Assembly: GCA_963693055.1 (NCBI GenBank)
Contig: OY843751.1
Location: forward strand, 3,360,001-3,424,000
Origin: a bacterium
GTDB lineage: Bacteria > Zhuqueibacterota > Zhuqueibacteria > Residuimicrobiales > Krinioviventaceae
Direction of reading: 5' to 3'
Length of the DNA: 64,000 bases
Under the pieces are notes generated by a model. It searched no databases. It saw only the letters and a program-made list of their open reading frames with translations, and was not told where the DNA came from. The number at the start of each line of letters is the position of its first letter. Position 1 is the stretch's first letter. Positions 9,860 through 18,975 of the stretch are shown in pieces. The position numbers and the translations under genes were made by a program.

Positions 9860-12220
9860 ATGAAAAATTTGTACATGGTTACGCTGGTACTGTTAATAAC
9901 TGTTTTTAGTTTTGGTCAAACAACACCTCCAGATACTTATAATCTGGGATTGGCTATGGTGCACAATGATTCATTGAATGCAGCAGAGGACCTGTTTGAA
10001 CAACTCTTAAAGGCTGATAAAAACAGCCCCTGGGGATATTTGGGACTCGGATTGGTTGAAAAACATAGGGAAAACCGATTACTGGAAGCTCGAAAACATT
10101 TTAAAAAAGCAGCCAAACTGAATCCACAGCTGATTCAGGCATGGACCGAATGGGCTGATGCTGAAACTAAATTTGAACAATATGGACAAGCGGCCAATGT
10201 TCTTAGAGATGCAATACTTGAAAATCCGGATAATATGGATTTGCTTAATCGTTTTGTACACTATGTAGAGTGGCAGGATATGCAGAAAAAAGGCCTAAAC
10301 ACGCTGGATAAAATGATAGAAACGGGTCCCCAACCTGACCTCTATCGCTTCAAAAAAGCTGAATTGTGGTATGGAATGCATGAATTTGAAAAAAGTATGA
10401 ATATTGTGGACTCTATTGATAAGAACTCGGATTCGTTTTCAGAAACAATGTATTATGCTTTGCTGGCAAAAAACTGCTTTACAATGAATAAGATTGAAGA
10501 TGCGCAGGATTATTATTTAACGGCTATAAACCTGATAAGGGATGATAAAGATGCCACATACATTCTGGAAGATATTCGCTATATCATGAATAGTAACGAA
10601 TATAAGGAATATCAAAATTTACCTATTGATAAAAAGGGGGATTTTTTCCACAGATTTTGGCGGTCACGTGATCCCAATCATGCTACTATTACAAATGAAA
10701 GGATACCCGAGCATTTTAACAGAATTGAATATGCCCGCAAACATTATCACGCTTATAGTACCGACAGGAGAAACGATGTTAACAAGCTGCGGTTAAATCA
10801 TTCAAGGATACGGTTTGCTGAAATCATAATGGGGCCTGAACTTTTGAGTAAATCAGATTATCCTGATGAACTTTTAAACAATATGGATGTAGATGATTGC
10901 GGGCTCATTTACATACGCCACGGTGCGCCAGACCAGACAATATACAAAACAGATTATGCGACAGAGCTGTTTGAGCCCATGGAATTTATTTGGAAATATT
11001 ACCAAAATATTGACAGAAAAAAAATGATCTTTCATTTTGTACAGTTTGGTAAAAACACCGGCGCTATTGTACAATCCCTTCCCTATTCATTTAAAAACAC
11101 CTGGGAACTGGGAGCAGATTACGCGGAACTGGATCCGGATATAATAAAAAGTGTTTATGAATGGAATGAAAAAGTGCCTGCGGGTGGTGGAGGTATTCCA
11201 CCGGACATTAAAATTCCGGACAATTCATCCATTCGAAAAGCTCAAGATAAACAAAAAAATTCCATTGCTGACAGTTCCAGCGGTTTGCATTATCTTACAA
11301 GTCGTATTAAAAATTTAATAATCAAAGATATTTCCGTGGGGATGGAAACAGAAACATCCGGCTATCAATATTCTGAGGATCCGTTGAATTACCCCTATTA
11401 TTTTGCTCAATTCAAAGGCAGTAATGGGAAAACAATGGTCGATCTTTATTATGCGGTCAATGGCAAAGATGTAGCGTTGAACCAGTCTGATTCAACCTCA
11501 TTTATAGATTTGAAGCGATTTATTGGACTATACGATCAACATTGGAATGAGCGGTTTCGCTATACAATGGATGAAAATATTAATATTTCTATAAATCCAG
11601 AAATATGGAAACAATCAAGCATTACAGATATGATGAATCTGGCGCTGCCCCCTGAAACATACGCTTATGAATTACAAATACAGGACAAAAAATCGGGTAA
11701 ACTGGGGGTCTATCAAAACACAATAAAAGTTGAGAATTTTAATACAAATAAATTACAAATGAGTGACATTTTACTTTCCGGGCCTATATCAACAAAGGGT
11801 AAGGTTTCAAGATTTAGAAAAGGCGATATATATTTCACTCCACACATGTTTAATGCATATCGTCAAGATGAAAAAATAGGATTGTATTTTGAAATATATA
11901 ATCTACTATTTAATGATGAAAACCATACAAAATTCAACATAACATGTATACTGGAATCCAAAGAAAGGTTATTAATGGTGCCAATAAAGGGAAATTTTAA
12001 ATCTTTGCTTGGATTGTGGGACTCGGGTATAGGTAGTTCTTATGAATATACCGGTCAATCACGAGATGACAAAATTTATGTTAATCTTGATTTTCCGGAA
12101 ATAGAATCTGGTGAATACGACCTTGTAATCACCGTCAGAGATGAAACCAGTCACATTGCAGTAGAAAAAACCACAGGGGTCGTAGTTCTTTCCTCATCAT
12201 TTACCCAAAACACAAATTAG
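9860..12220 (+). CDS. Secreted TPR plus GWxTD-domain protein
   Basis: Signal peptide, N-terminal TPR-like helices, FWRSRDPNHATITNERIPEHFNRIEYA and DDCGLIYIRHGAPD motifs, C-terminal Ig-like domains (GEYDLVITVRD). Confidence 0.75.
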   Translation: MKNLYMVTLVLLITVFSFGQTTPPDTYNLGLAMVHNDSLNAAEDLFEQLLKADKNSPWGYLGLGLVEKHRENRLLEARKHFKKAAKLNPQLIQAWTEWADAETKFEQYGQAANVLRDAILENPDNMDLLNRFVHYVEWQDMQKKGLNTLDKMIETGPQPDLYRFKKAELWYGMHEFEKSMNIVDSIDKNSDSFSETMYYALLAKNCFTMNKIEDAQDYYLTAINLIRDDKDATYILEDIRYIMNSNEYKEYQNLPIDKKGDFFHRFWRSRDPNHATITNERIPEHFNRIEYARKHYHAYSTDRRNDVNKLRLNHSRIRFAEIIMGPELLSKSDYPDELLNNMDVDDCGLIYIRHGAPDQTIYKTDYATELFEPMEFIWKYYQNIDRKKMIFHFVQFGKNTGAIVQSLPYSFKNTWELGADYAELDPDIIKSVYEWNEKVPAGGGGIPPDIKIPDNSSIRKAQDKQKNSIADSSSGLHYLTSRIKNLIIKDISVGMETETSGYQYSEDPLNYPYYFAQFKGSNGKTMVDLYYAVNGKDVALNQSDSTSFIDLKRFIGLYDQHWNERFRYTMDENINISINPEIWKQSSITDMMNLALPPETYAYELQIQDKKSGKLGVYQNTIKVENFNTNKLQMSDILLSGPISTKGKVSRFRKGDIYFTPHMFNAYRQDEKIGLYFEIYNLLFNDENHTKFNITCILESKERLLMVPIKGNFKSLLGLWDSGIGSSYEYTGQSRDDKIYVNLDFPEIESGEYDLVITVRDETSHIAVEKTTGVVVLSSSFTQNTN

Positions 12221-12240
12221 TACACTGAGGGGTGGACGCG

Positions 12241-12273
12241 AAAGCACCGGGCTGTTGGCCCGGTGCTTTTTTT
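12241..12273 (+). terminator. Intrinsic terminator
   Basis: AAAGCACCGGGC-TGTTG-GCCCGGTGCTTT followed by a T run. Confidence 0.85.
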
Positions 12274-12496
12274 AAATCGTATTTATTCTGCAAAATTTTC
12301 AAGATAGCAGAACATGGAAAAAAACAGATTGTTTTTTAAAAACAAATTATTAATTTATGTAGTGTATGAATGTATTCTAATATTCTGCTCAGTTAATTAT
12401 AAACTTTTTGAATATTTATAGCAGTATATTAAATCCATATTGTACTTTCAGCTTGTTTAAAGCACCATAAAAACATAATAATTACGGAGGAATTTT

Positions 12497-13939
12497 ATGG
12501 CTGAAGAAAAAAAGGATATCACACGTCGTGAATTCGGCAAAACCACACTTAAAACTGCAACAGCTGTAACTGCGGCAAGTGCCATTACCGGCCCGTTCTT
12601 TTCAGGCAAGGTATTGGGCGCAAATGACCAGGTCAATATTGCGCATATCGGTATCCGCGGCCAGGGTGGTTCTCACATCAATGGTTTTGGAAAAATACCA
12701 GGTGTTAAAATTAAAACAATCTGTGACATTGATGAAAACCTGTTTCCAAGACGCGTTAACGAAATTAACGAAAAATTCGGTTATAAACCCTCGACCGAAT
12801 GGGACATGCGTAAAGTTTTTGAAGACAAAGATATTGACGCAGTAACCTTTGCTATACCGAATCACTGGCACGCACTTGCAACAATCTGGGCTGCTCAAGC
12901 CGGCAAGAATGTTTATGTTGAAAAACCTTCAACACATTCTGTTTGGGAAGGTCGCCAGATGGTACATGCAGCCCGTGCAAATAAAGTACTTGTACAGGTT
13001 GGTTTCCAAAACCGTTCACGCAAAAACACCATGGCTGCAATGAAATTTCTGCATGAAGGCGGAATCGGTAAAGTATACATGGGACGCGGTATGTGCTTTA
13101 AACCGCGTTGGGATATTGGCCGCTATCCCGATGGTCCCATGCAACCCGGTGAAAAAAATTACCTGAGAACCAACAAAACCGGTGAAATGCCGACATATGA
13201 TGCAAAATACCTGGAAAAAGTCCATTATGATATGTGGATTGGACCTGCCCGTAAACGTGCATTCAACCGCAATCGTTTCCATTACAACTGGCACTGGCAG
13301 TTTGAATATGGCAATGGAGACACCGGCAACCAGGGACCACACCAGTTTGACGTAGGCCGTTGGGGTATTAACAAAGATGAATACCCGGTAAGAGTAAGTT
13401 CTTTGGGTAACTTGTATCTGTTTGGTGATTCTCAACAAGATACTCCAAACACCCAAACTACTATTTTTGAATACACTGATGGAACAATATTCGAATTTGC
13501 TACCCGCGGATTGTTTACCAACCCCGATGGTGAAATAAGAATCGGAAATGTATTCTATGGCAGCGAAGGCTGGTTGGAAATTGATGCAAACGGCAACTGG
13601 AAAACCTTTTTTGGTTACAAAGGTGAACCCGGCCCGAACTCTGACAACATCGATTCCGAAAAAGCAGACGCATTGAACACCGTTGGTACCGGTGTTGGCG
13701 GTCATTATGGTAACTTTATTGGCGCTGTTCGTTCCGGAAAACAGACTGACCTGACTTGTGATATTGAAGTTGGTCACCGTTCAAGCGTTCTACCTGCATT
13801 GGGTAACATCTCTTACCTCGTTGGCAGAGAATTGGAATTTGACGGTCGTAACGAAACTTTTGTAGACGATGCTGAAGCAAACGCATTGCTGAAACGCGAA
13901 AATTATCGCGCACCTTATGTAGTGCCTGATCTGAGCTAA
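12497..13939 (+). CDS. Tat-exported Gfo/Idh/MocA family NAD(P)-dependent oxidoreductase
   Basis: TRREF twin-arginine signal, IGIRGQG Rossmann motif, PNHWH, VYVEKP and NQGPHQFD. Confidence 0.9.
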   Translation: MAEEKKDITRREFGKTTLKTATAVTAASAITGPFFSGKVLGANDQVNIAHIGIRGQGGSHINGFGKIPGVKIKTICDIDENLFPRRVNEINEKFGYKPSTEWDMRKVFEDKDIDAVTFAIPNHWHALATIWAAQAGKNVYVEKPSTHSVWEGRQMVHAARANKVLVQVGFQNRSRKNTMAAMKFLHEGGIGKVYMGRGMCFKPRWDIGRYPDGPMQPGEKNYLRTNKTGEMPTYDAKYLEKVHYDMWIGPARKRAFNRNRFHYNWHWQFEYGNGDTGNQGPHQFDVGRWGINKDEYPVRVSSLGNLYLFGDSQQDTPNTQTTIFEYTDGTIFEFATRGLFTNPDGEIRIGNVFYGSEGWLEIDANGNWKTFFGYKGEPGPNSDNIDSEKADALNTVGTGVGGHYGNFIGAVRSGKQTDLTCDIEVGHRSSVLPALGNISYLVGRELEFDGRNETFVDDAEANALLKRENYRAPYVVPDLS

Positions 13940-13962
13940 GCATAGTTAACATAGCTTTATAA

Positions 13963-13999
13963 AAAAAACGCCATGCAATTCAATTGTATGGCGTTTTTT
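13963..13999. terminator. Bidirectional intrinsic terminator
   Basis: AAAAAACGCCATGCAATT-C-AATTGTATGGCGTTTTTT between convergent genes. Confidence 0.85.
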
Positions 14000-14082
14000 G
14001 TTTTGTAATGTACGCAAAAAATTAGTAAATAAAAAAATTATAAAACATTGAAATTTTTCATATAATTCATTTGGCAATAGTA

Positions 14083-14859
14083 TTAAAAATTAATTACATT
14101 TTTCGATTGTATTTTTTTTGAATACTCAATAGAAGAAATTATATCATTTTCAGTTAAAACTTTATCATACTTTTCATATTTCCTTTTCATATCATTTAAC
14201 CTAATTAATGCATTTCCAAATTTATCATTTAAAAAACCAATTCGACTTATAATATAATTATTACAATTTTCATCAAAATTAACATTATAAACTTTTCTTA
14301 TATAAAAAGCTTTTAAAATGTTTGCTTCAATAGTAGGATTAAGTGATTTATACTTATCATTTTTCTGAATAATATCAAGTTGATTATATTTTAAAAAATT
14401 TAAAAAATTTTTTATATTCATCTTTTTTGAATGTATATTGATAACTAATGAATCATAATTATAAAAACAGCCATTTGCTATACTTTCTAAAATATTATCA
14501 TCATTTTTAACTACAAGTTTATTATTAAAAGCCCAATTATTTTCAATACACCACGTATCAATTTCATAATTATCAAGTAAAATTTTTATACCATTCATCC
14601 TATTTATTTTATAGTTCAAATTTGTATTTGTTAATAATTCTTTTACTCGTGTTGTAGGTAAACCAATTATTATATCTAGATCTCTTGTTTCCTTATCAAG
14701 TATTATATCACGTAAAAAACCCCCTACAACATAGGCTGTACCATATGCGAATATTTCATAAAAGAAATCTTTAACTTTTAAATTTCTATTTAATAATGTT
14801 GAAAATTTTATTATAAATTTTTTCCGTATGCTGTTGTAATCAATTTCATCATAATGCAT
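14083..14859 (-). CDS. Minimal CCA-adding/poly(A)-polymerase-like nucleotidyltransferase (putative CloB-like partner of the dGTPase)
   Basis: AYVVGGFLRDIILDKETRDLDII matches the class II NTase head motif GGxxRD...DxD, with a third acidic residue in EIDTW. Only 258 aa and lacks the RRDFT motif. Starts immediately after the dGTPase stop (TAA-ATG). Confidence 0.75.
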   Translation of the reverse strand: MHYDEIDYNSIRKKFIIKFSTLLNRNLKVKDFFYEIFAYGTAYVVGGFLRDIILDKETRDLDIIIGLPTTRVKELLTNTNLNYKINRMNGIKILLDNYEIDTWCIENNWAFNNKLVVKNDDNILESIANGCFYNYDSLVINIHSKKMNIKNFLNFLKYNQLDIIQKNDKYKSLNPTIEANILKAFYIRKVYNVNFDENCNNYIISRIGFLNDKFGNALIRLNDMKRKYEKYDKVLTENDIISSIEYSKKIQSKNVINF

Positions 14860-16230
14860 TTATATTCTTATACCTTTCAATTTTTGAAATAATGAAATAG
14901 CATATGAATCAGTCATACCTACTATAAAATCTAAAACCAATTGAATCTTATTATATTTTATGTTATTGTAATAATTTTTACTATAACATTCATAGATATG
15001 TCTATAGCTAGAAGATATGCATTTATACAGCCTACTTTCTTTATTATTATTCTTCGTATCAAAATCATCAGATAAAATCCCTGCTACAAAAATATCAAGA
15101 AGACCACAAATAGCCTCAGAACCTGCTAACTCAGTTTGCATTATTTTTTTATTATCAAACACAATATTTTGTAATTTTTTAAATGATTTTCTTATATCAG
15201 ATGCTTCTGAAACATTTATAATTTCATCGTTCAAACTACCGCTCATGATGCTTTCATAATTTTGTTTAAATGCTTGAATTACGTGACCAATCATTTTTGA
15301 TTGAGCTTTCACACGAAATTTTTGAATTACTAAATTAATTTTATCATTACCATCAACTTTAATTTTTTTATATAATTCTTCTAGTTCATCATTTAACTCA
15401 ATATTTGTTTGTAAATTTTCTTTAAATATATCAATAATATCATTATAACATATTATTCCAAGTTTTACACCATCTTCAATATCAGCAGCACAATAAGCAA
15501 TATCATCAGCGGCTTCTAATAAATAAACAACAGGATGCCTTTGATTATTTAATTTAAGCTTATCATTAATTCTTTTATATGCCTCTTGCTCTGAAGCAAA
15601 ATATCCAAATTTTTTCTTTCGAATTTCAATAGAATTTTTCCCATTATTACCTTCAATTGAACTAGAGGGATATTTTATTATAGATGCTAAAGATGGAAAA
15701 GTTAAATTAAAACTAAACTCATCACCAAAATAATGCAATTTTCTCAAAATTCTAAAAGTTTGGACATTACCATCAAAATTTTTAAAATCTTCTTTTTCTT
15801 GATTATTAAGATCATTGAAAATGTCAGTTTCGAATTTTTTTATAAAAAATTGTTGAATTGCTGTTTCACCAAAATGTCCAAATGGTGGATTACCTAAATC
15901 ATGCACTAAGCCTGATAATTTTAGTAGAGAGCTTATATGCCCCCTAAATATTTCATCTAAATATTTATTATCAATTAAAAACTTTTCTATACTTAAACCA
16001 ATCGAACTCGCAATATAAGAGACTTCTAACGAATGAGTCAGTCGAGTTCTTATAAAATCACTTTTCTCTAATGGAAAAACTTGTGTCTTATCCTGCAAAC
16101 GCCTGATTGAAGAACTGGAAATCAATCTTCCATAATCATTTTCAAATGGATTACGACCATCATATTCCGATTTTTGTGATTTTTTACGGAATGTTTCTGG
16201 TGTTAAAAGCTCATCCCATCTTTTCTTCAT
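14860..16230 (-). CDS. dgt: dGTP triphosphohydrolase (HD superfamily), probable anti-phage effector
   Basis: RRLQDKTQVF, RTRLTHSLEV, HDLGNPPFGHFGE, FDGNVQTFR, EAADDIAY and DFIVGMTD motifs. Confidence 0.92.
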   Translation of the reverse strand: MKKRWDELLTPETFRKKSQKSEYDGRNPFENDYGRLISSSSIRRLQDKTQVFPLEKSDFIRTRLTHSLEVSYIASSIGLSIEKFLIDNKYLDEIFRGHISSLLKLSGLVHDLGNPPFGHFGETAIQQFFIKKFETDIFNDLNNQEKEDFKNFDGNVQTFRILRKLHYFGDEFSFNLTFPSLASIIKYPSSSIEGNNGKNSIEIRKKKFGYFASEQEAYKRINDKLKLNNQRHPVVYLLEAADDIAYCAADIEDGVKLGIICYNDIIDIFKENLQTNIELNDELEELYKKIKVDGNDKINLVIQKFRVKAQSKMIGHVIQAFKQNYESIMSGSLNDEIINVSEASDIRKSFKKLQNIVFDNKKIMQTELAGSEAICGLLDIFVAGILSDDFDTKNNNKESRLYKCISSSYRHIYECYSKNYYNNIKYNKIQLVLDFIVGMTDSYAISLFQKLKGIRI

Positions 16231-16414
16231 AGTATAAACTCTTTCTAATCATTTATGATTATAATTTTTTTAGATGTAATTTAGTAAATATAATAACTAT
16301 TTATTAATGAAAACAATATATAATTATGATGTCTAATATACAAAAATTAGAAATAAGATTATGCTGTCAATTTATAACATTTGATGTATTCATTATATTA
16401 ATAATTATTATAAG

Positions 16415-16477
16415 CCCCTTTATCCCCTTTATCCCCTTTATCCCCTTTATCCCCTTTATCCCCTTTATCCCCTTTAT
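16415..16477. repeat. Perfect tandem repeat (CCCCTTTAT)x7
   Basis: Seven exact 9-bp units read directly. The minus strand is (ATAAAGGGG)7. Confidence 0.97.
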
Positions 16478-16668
16478 AATTTGAATAATTAATAGATTTC
16501 AGACAAAATATGCAAGAAATAATTGGTTTATTATCCATTTTCAAAAAATAATTTTATAAAGAAAATTTTCAAATTAATATTTACTAAATATATCAGTGTG
16601 AGAATTGTTTAAAAATTACCAACCCGATAAACGATGAGTAAAATGTCCTTGCAACAATATGCAATTTA

Positions 16669-16698
16669 TTGCCCGGCACTTGATAAGTTACCGGGCAA
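16669..16698 (-). terminator. Hairpin downstream of 16708..18873, possible terminator
   Basis: TTGCCCGG...CCGGGCAA stem, but a poor U tract. Confidence 0.4.
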
Positions 16699-16707
16699 GT
16701 ATCACTA

Positions 16708-18873
16708 TTACCTTATCACATGATAATATTTTGCCATCCAATAAGGCAGCAGGTATTCATCACCGGCGAGACGAGACATTCCCCCACCACCGGAATCAAT
16801 ACTAAAGGCGTTTGAATTGTGGCGGTTCATGGGACGTTCATTGGGTGATAATACCTCAGAAATTCTTTGACGTCGGAAATTTTTAGGTAAATATTCCAGG
16901 TCTTTACGATTCGAATTTTTGATGGTATAGCGGTTCATATCAATAGGATACTCTTTTAAATGCCAGATAACAGAATCAAAATCCATTACGCCAACTGATG
17001 CGTATGGCAATACATTCCACAATGCACTTTTTTCGGGACGTTCAAGTTCCCAGTGATCAATAATAGCTTCTTTATATACATCCCGTAATTCCTGGGTAAA
17101 TGCATATTTATAAGATACATAATAGGTTAAAAACGCCATTTCATCATCAGAGTGGTTCCAGGAATCGCCCATGGTAAATGCATGGTCACGCCATCTATAA
17201 ACAAAGGTGGTATCTTCTTTAATCTCTTTCATACTGATCTTCATGTTCTCAAGATAGCCGTAATCATCCATCATGCGGTAGGCTTCAGTCTTGAAAATCT
17301 CTTTACCCGTCAAAGCATAGGCAAGCTGCAGCCCGGCAATGAGATGCGTACTGTTTAAGCGCCTGTCAAAAATATGACGGGGATACGCGTTAACAAACTC
17401 GGGATTCCAACGTCCCCACAAGGTGGGTTCTCCATCAATATCCACAAAATAATAATCATTTTCAATAATATGAGTCATTATCGCATCGATAAAGTTTGCA
17501 ATGCGTTCATGTTCTTCCGGGGTTTTGGCAACAAATTCGTCCATGACGGTGGTAACATAGAGATAAGCAATATACTCATCGGTACTGGTGTGTCCCTTCC
17601 ATTCCCAATCCGCTTCAGGAGACTGGCGCCAGCGATCAATGTCAGACATTTTGAATCCCTTACGTTCAAACGTACGGGACGGAAATCCTTTTAATTGATT
17701 GATTGAAAGCAGTCTCTCAAATGTTTCAAAAGATTCCCAGGCATAACGGCGTGCACTTTCGTCACCGGTTACCGCGTATTTGTAACACAGACTGCCAAGG
17801 TAAAAAGTGGTCCACAAGCCATCGTTGTCTGTATCAACAGTAACAGCGGTTGTTAAATCACCGGCTTTTTTATAATGCAAAGGACGTGTAAAGCCATAGC
17901 TGATGTGATATTGCCTTAAATCTCTTTCAATTTCAGCAGTCTTTTCTGCAAGGGTCATATTGCGATAGTGGATTTTGTTCAAACCGGTTGGCGATAAAAC
18001 ATATACATCTCCCCTGCTGTCTGTAGCCAGATCCACAACTGTATCATTATCCAGCCAGCGTTTGGATGCGTAATAACGATATTTTTCACCATTGGGAGTA
18101 AATGCACCGGCATCAGAACCAAACCACAATTCGCAGCCTTTTGTCATCATGGCTGTAATTGCAGGTACGGGTAATTTGGCATCAAGTTCTTTTGTGACAG
18201 ATCCGGTTTCGCTATTAATTTTTAAATATCCGTTTGTTGTACCCAAAGCAATTTCATCTTTAACAAAAGCCGCAGCAGTCAAGTTTTTACCTGAATAAAC
18301 CGTTTCCCATTTTTTATCATCAAGACGGTATAGATTGCTCTTTGTTAACAGATAAAATTGAGTTTTGTGCACATACAGGTTTAAACACTCGCCTTTAGGA
18401 ACATCAACATCACTGATTTTTATCTTGTTATGATACAGGGCAGCATTCTTTTCTCCCACCAGCAAAATCTCATCATTGCTGTTCATAGCAATATGATCAT
18501 AGCTGCCTTTATCAAAATGCGCGTATATGGCTCCGGCATGGGCATTGGTCAGGAACTGATCGTTATAGAGATAATAGAGATATCCAGTACCCTCTTGCAC
18601 CGTAACATCCACAGGCTGCAAATCAGATAAAGATCTGTAAAGTAAATCTTTTGCTAATACATCCTCAAATACTCGCCACAACCCATGATTTGTCTGCACA
18701 TAAACAATGTCATTATAATCAACAACCACTTTGAGTAATTGCAAATCAGATGGGGCATTCTGTGTCTGGTATTTTACCGATACCGGAAAATCATAAGGCT
18801 TGTCCACATATTGCGCAAAAGCAAAACTGGATAATAAAATACCGGTCAAAAGAATGAGTACTATTTTTTTCAT
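16708..18873 (-). CDS. Secreted hypothetical protein: N-terminal beta-propeller-like region and C-terminal helical domain with acidic motifs
   Basis: Signal peptide (AFA). Propeller-like blades (ELWFGSDAGA, VYVLSPTGL). C-terminal half contains DTDNDGLWT, TSTDEY and NHSDDEMAFL. Confidence 0.6.
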   Translation of the reverse strand: MKKIVLILLTGILLSSFAFAQYVDKPYDFPVSVKYQTQNAPSDLQLLKVVVDYNDIVYVQTNHGLWRVFEDVLAKDLLYRSLSDLQPVDVTVQEGTGYLYYLYNDQFLTNAHAGAIYAHFDKGSYDHIAMNSNDEILLVGEKNAALYHNKIKISDVDVPKGECLNLYVHKTQFYLLTKSNLYRLDDKKWETVYSGKNLTAAAFVKDEIALGTTNGYLKINSETGSVTKELDAKLPVPAITAMMTKGCELWFGSDAGAFTPNGEKYRYYASKRWLDNDTVVDLATDSRGDVYVLSPTGLNKIHYRNMTLAEKTAEIERDLRQYHISYGFTRPLHYKKAGDLTTAVTVDTDNDGLWTTFYLGSLCYKYAVTGDESARRYAWESFETFERLLSINQLKGFPSRTFERKGFKMSDIDRWRQSPEADWEWKGHTSTDEYIAYLYVTTVMDEFVAKTPEEHERIANFIDAIMTHIIENDYYFVDIDGEPTLWGRWNPEFVNAYPRHIFDRRLNSTHLIAGLQLAYALTGKEIFKTEAYRMMDDYGYLENMKISMKEIKEDTTFVYRWRDHAFTMGDSWNHSDDEMAFLTYYVSYKYAFTQELRDVYKEAIIDHWELERPEKSALWNVLPYASVGVMDFDSVIWHLKEYPIDMNRYTIKNSNRKDLEYLPKNFRRQRISEVLSPNERPMNRHNSNAFSIDSGGGGMSRLAGDEYLLPYWMAKYYHVIR

Positions 18874-18975
18874 AAAGCGTTCCTTTCCATATCGTAAGAA
18901 TTTATCAATATACGCATTAATGAGCTATTTTTCAACTTACTCGAGCAGATTAAATACGATGTCAGATTATTTGAT

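Larger units (their letters stand above)
14000..16620. other. AT-rich horizontally acquired islet (boundaries approximate)
   Basis: Hand counts: 9/60 G+C at 14341-14400 and 18/60 at 15841-15900, versus 34/60 at 13081-13140. Sits between the 3' ends of two host-like convergent genes. No mobility gene seen. Confidence 0.75.

Noticed and set aside
13016-13777. 253-aa antisense ORF
   Set aside because: Shadow of the Gfo/Idh/MocA gene on the opposite strand; no SD or motif.
14083-14859. Housekeeping CCA-adding enzyme or poly(A) polymerase
   Set aside because: Too short, lacks RRDFT and the body/tail domains, has atypical base composition, and is coupled to a dGTPase.
16415-16477. CRISPR array
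   Set aside because: 9-bp head-to-tail units with no spacers, and no cas genes.
14000-16620. Integron cassette or IS-borne element
   Set aside because: No attC-like RYYYAAC...GTTRRRY palindrome, terminal inverted repeats, target duplication or recombinase could be identified by eye.
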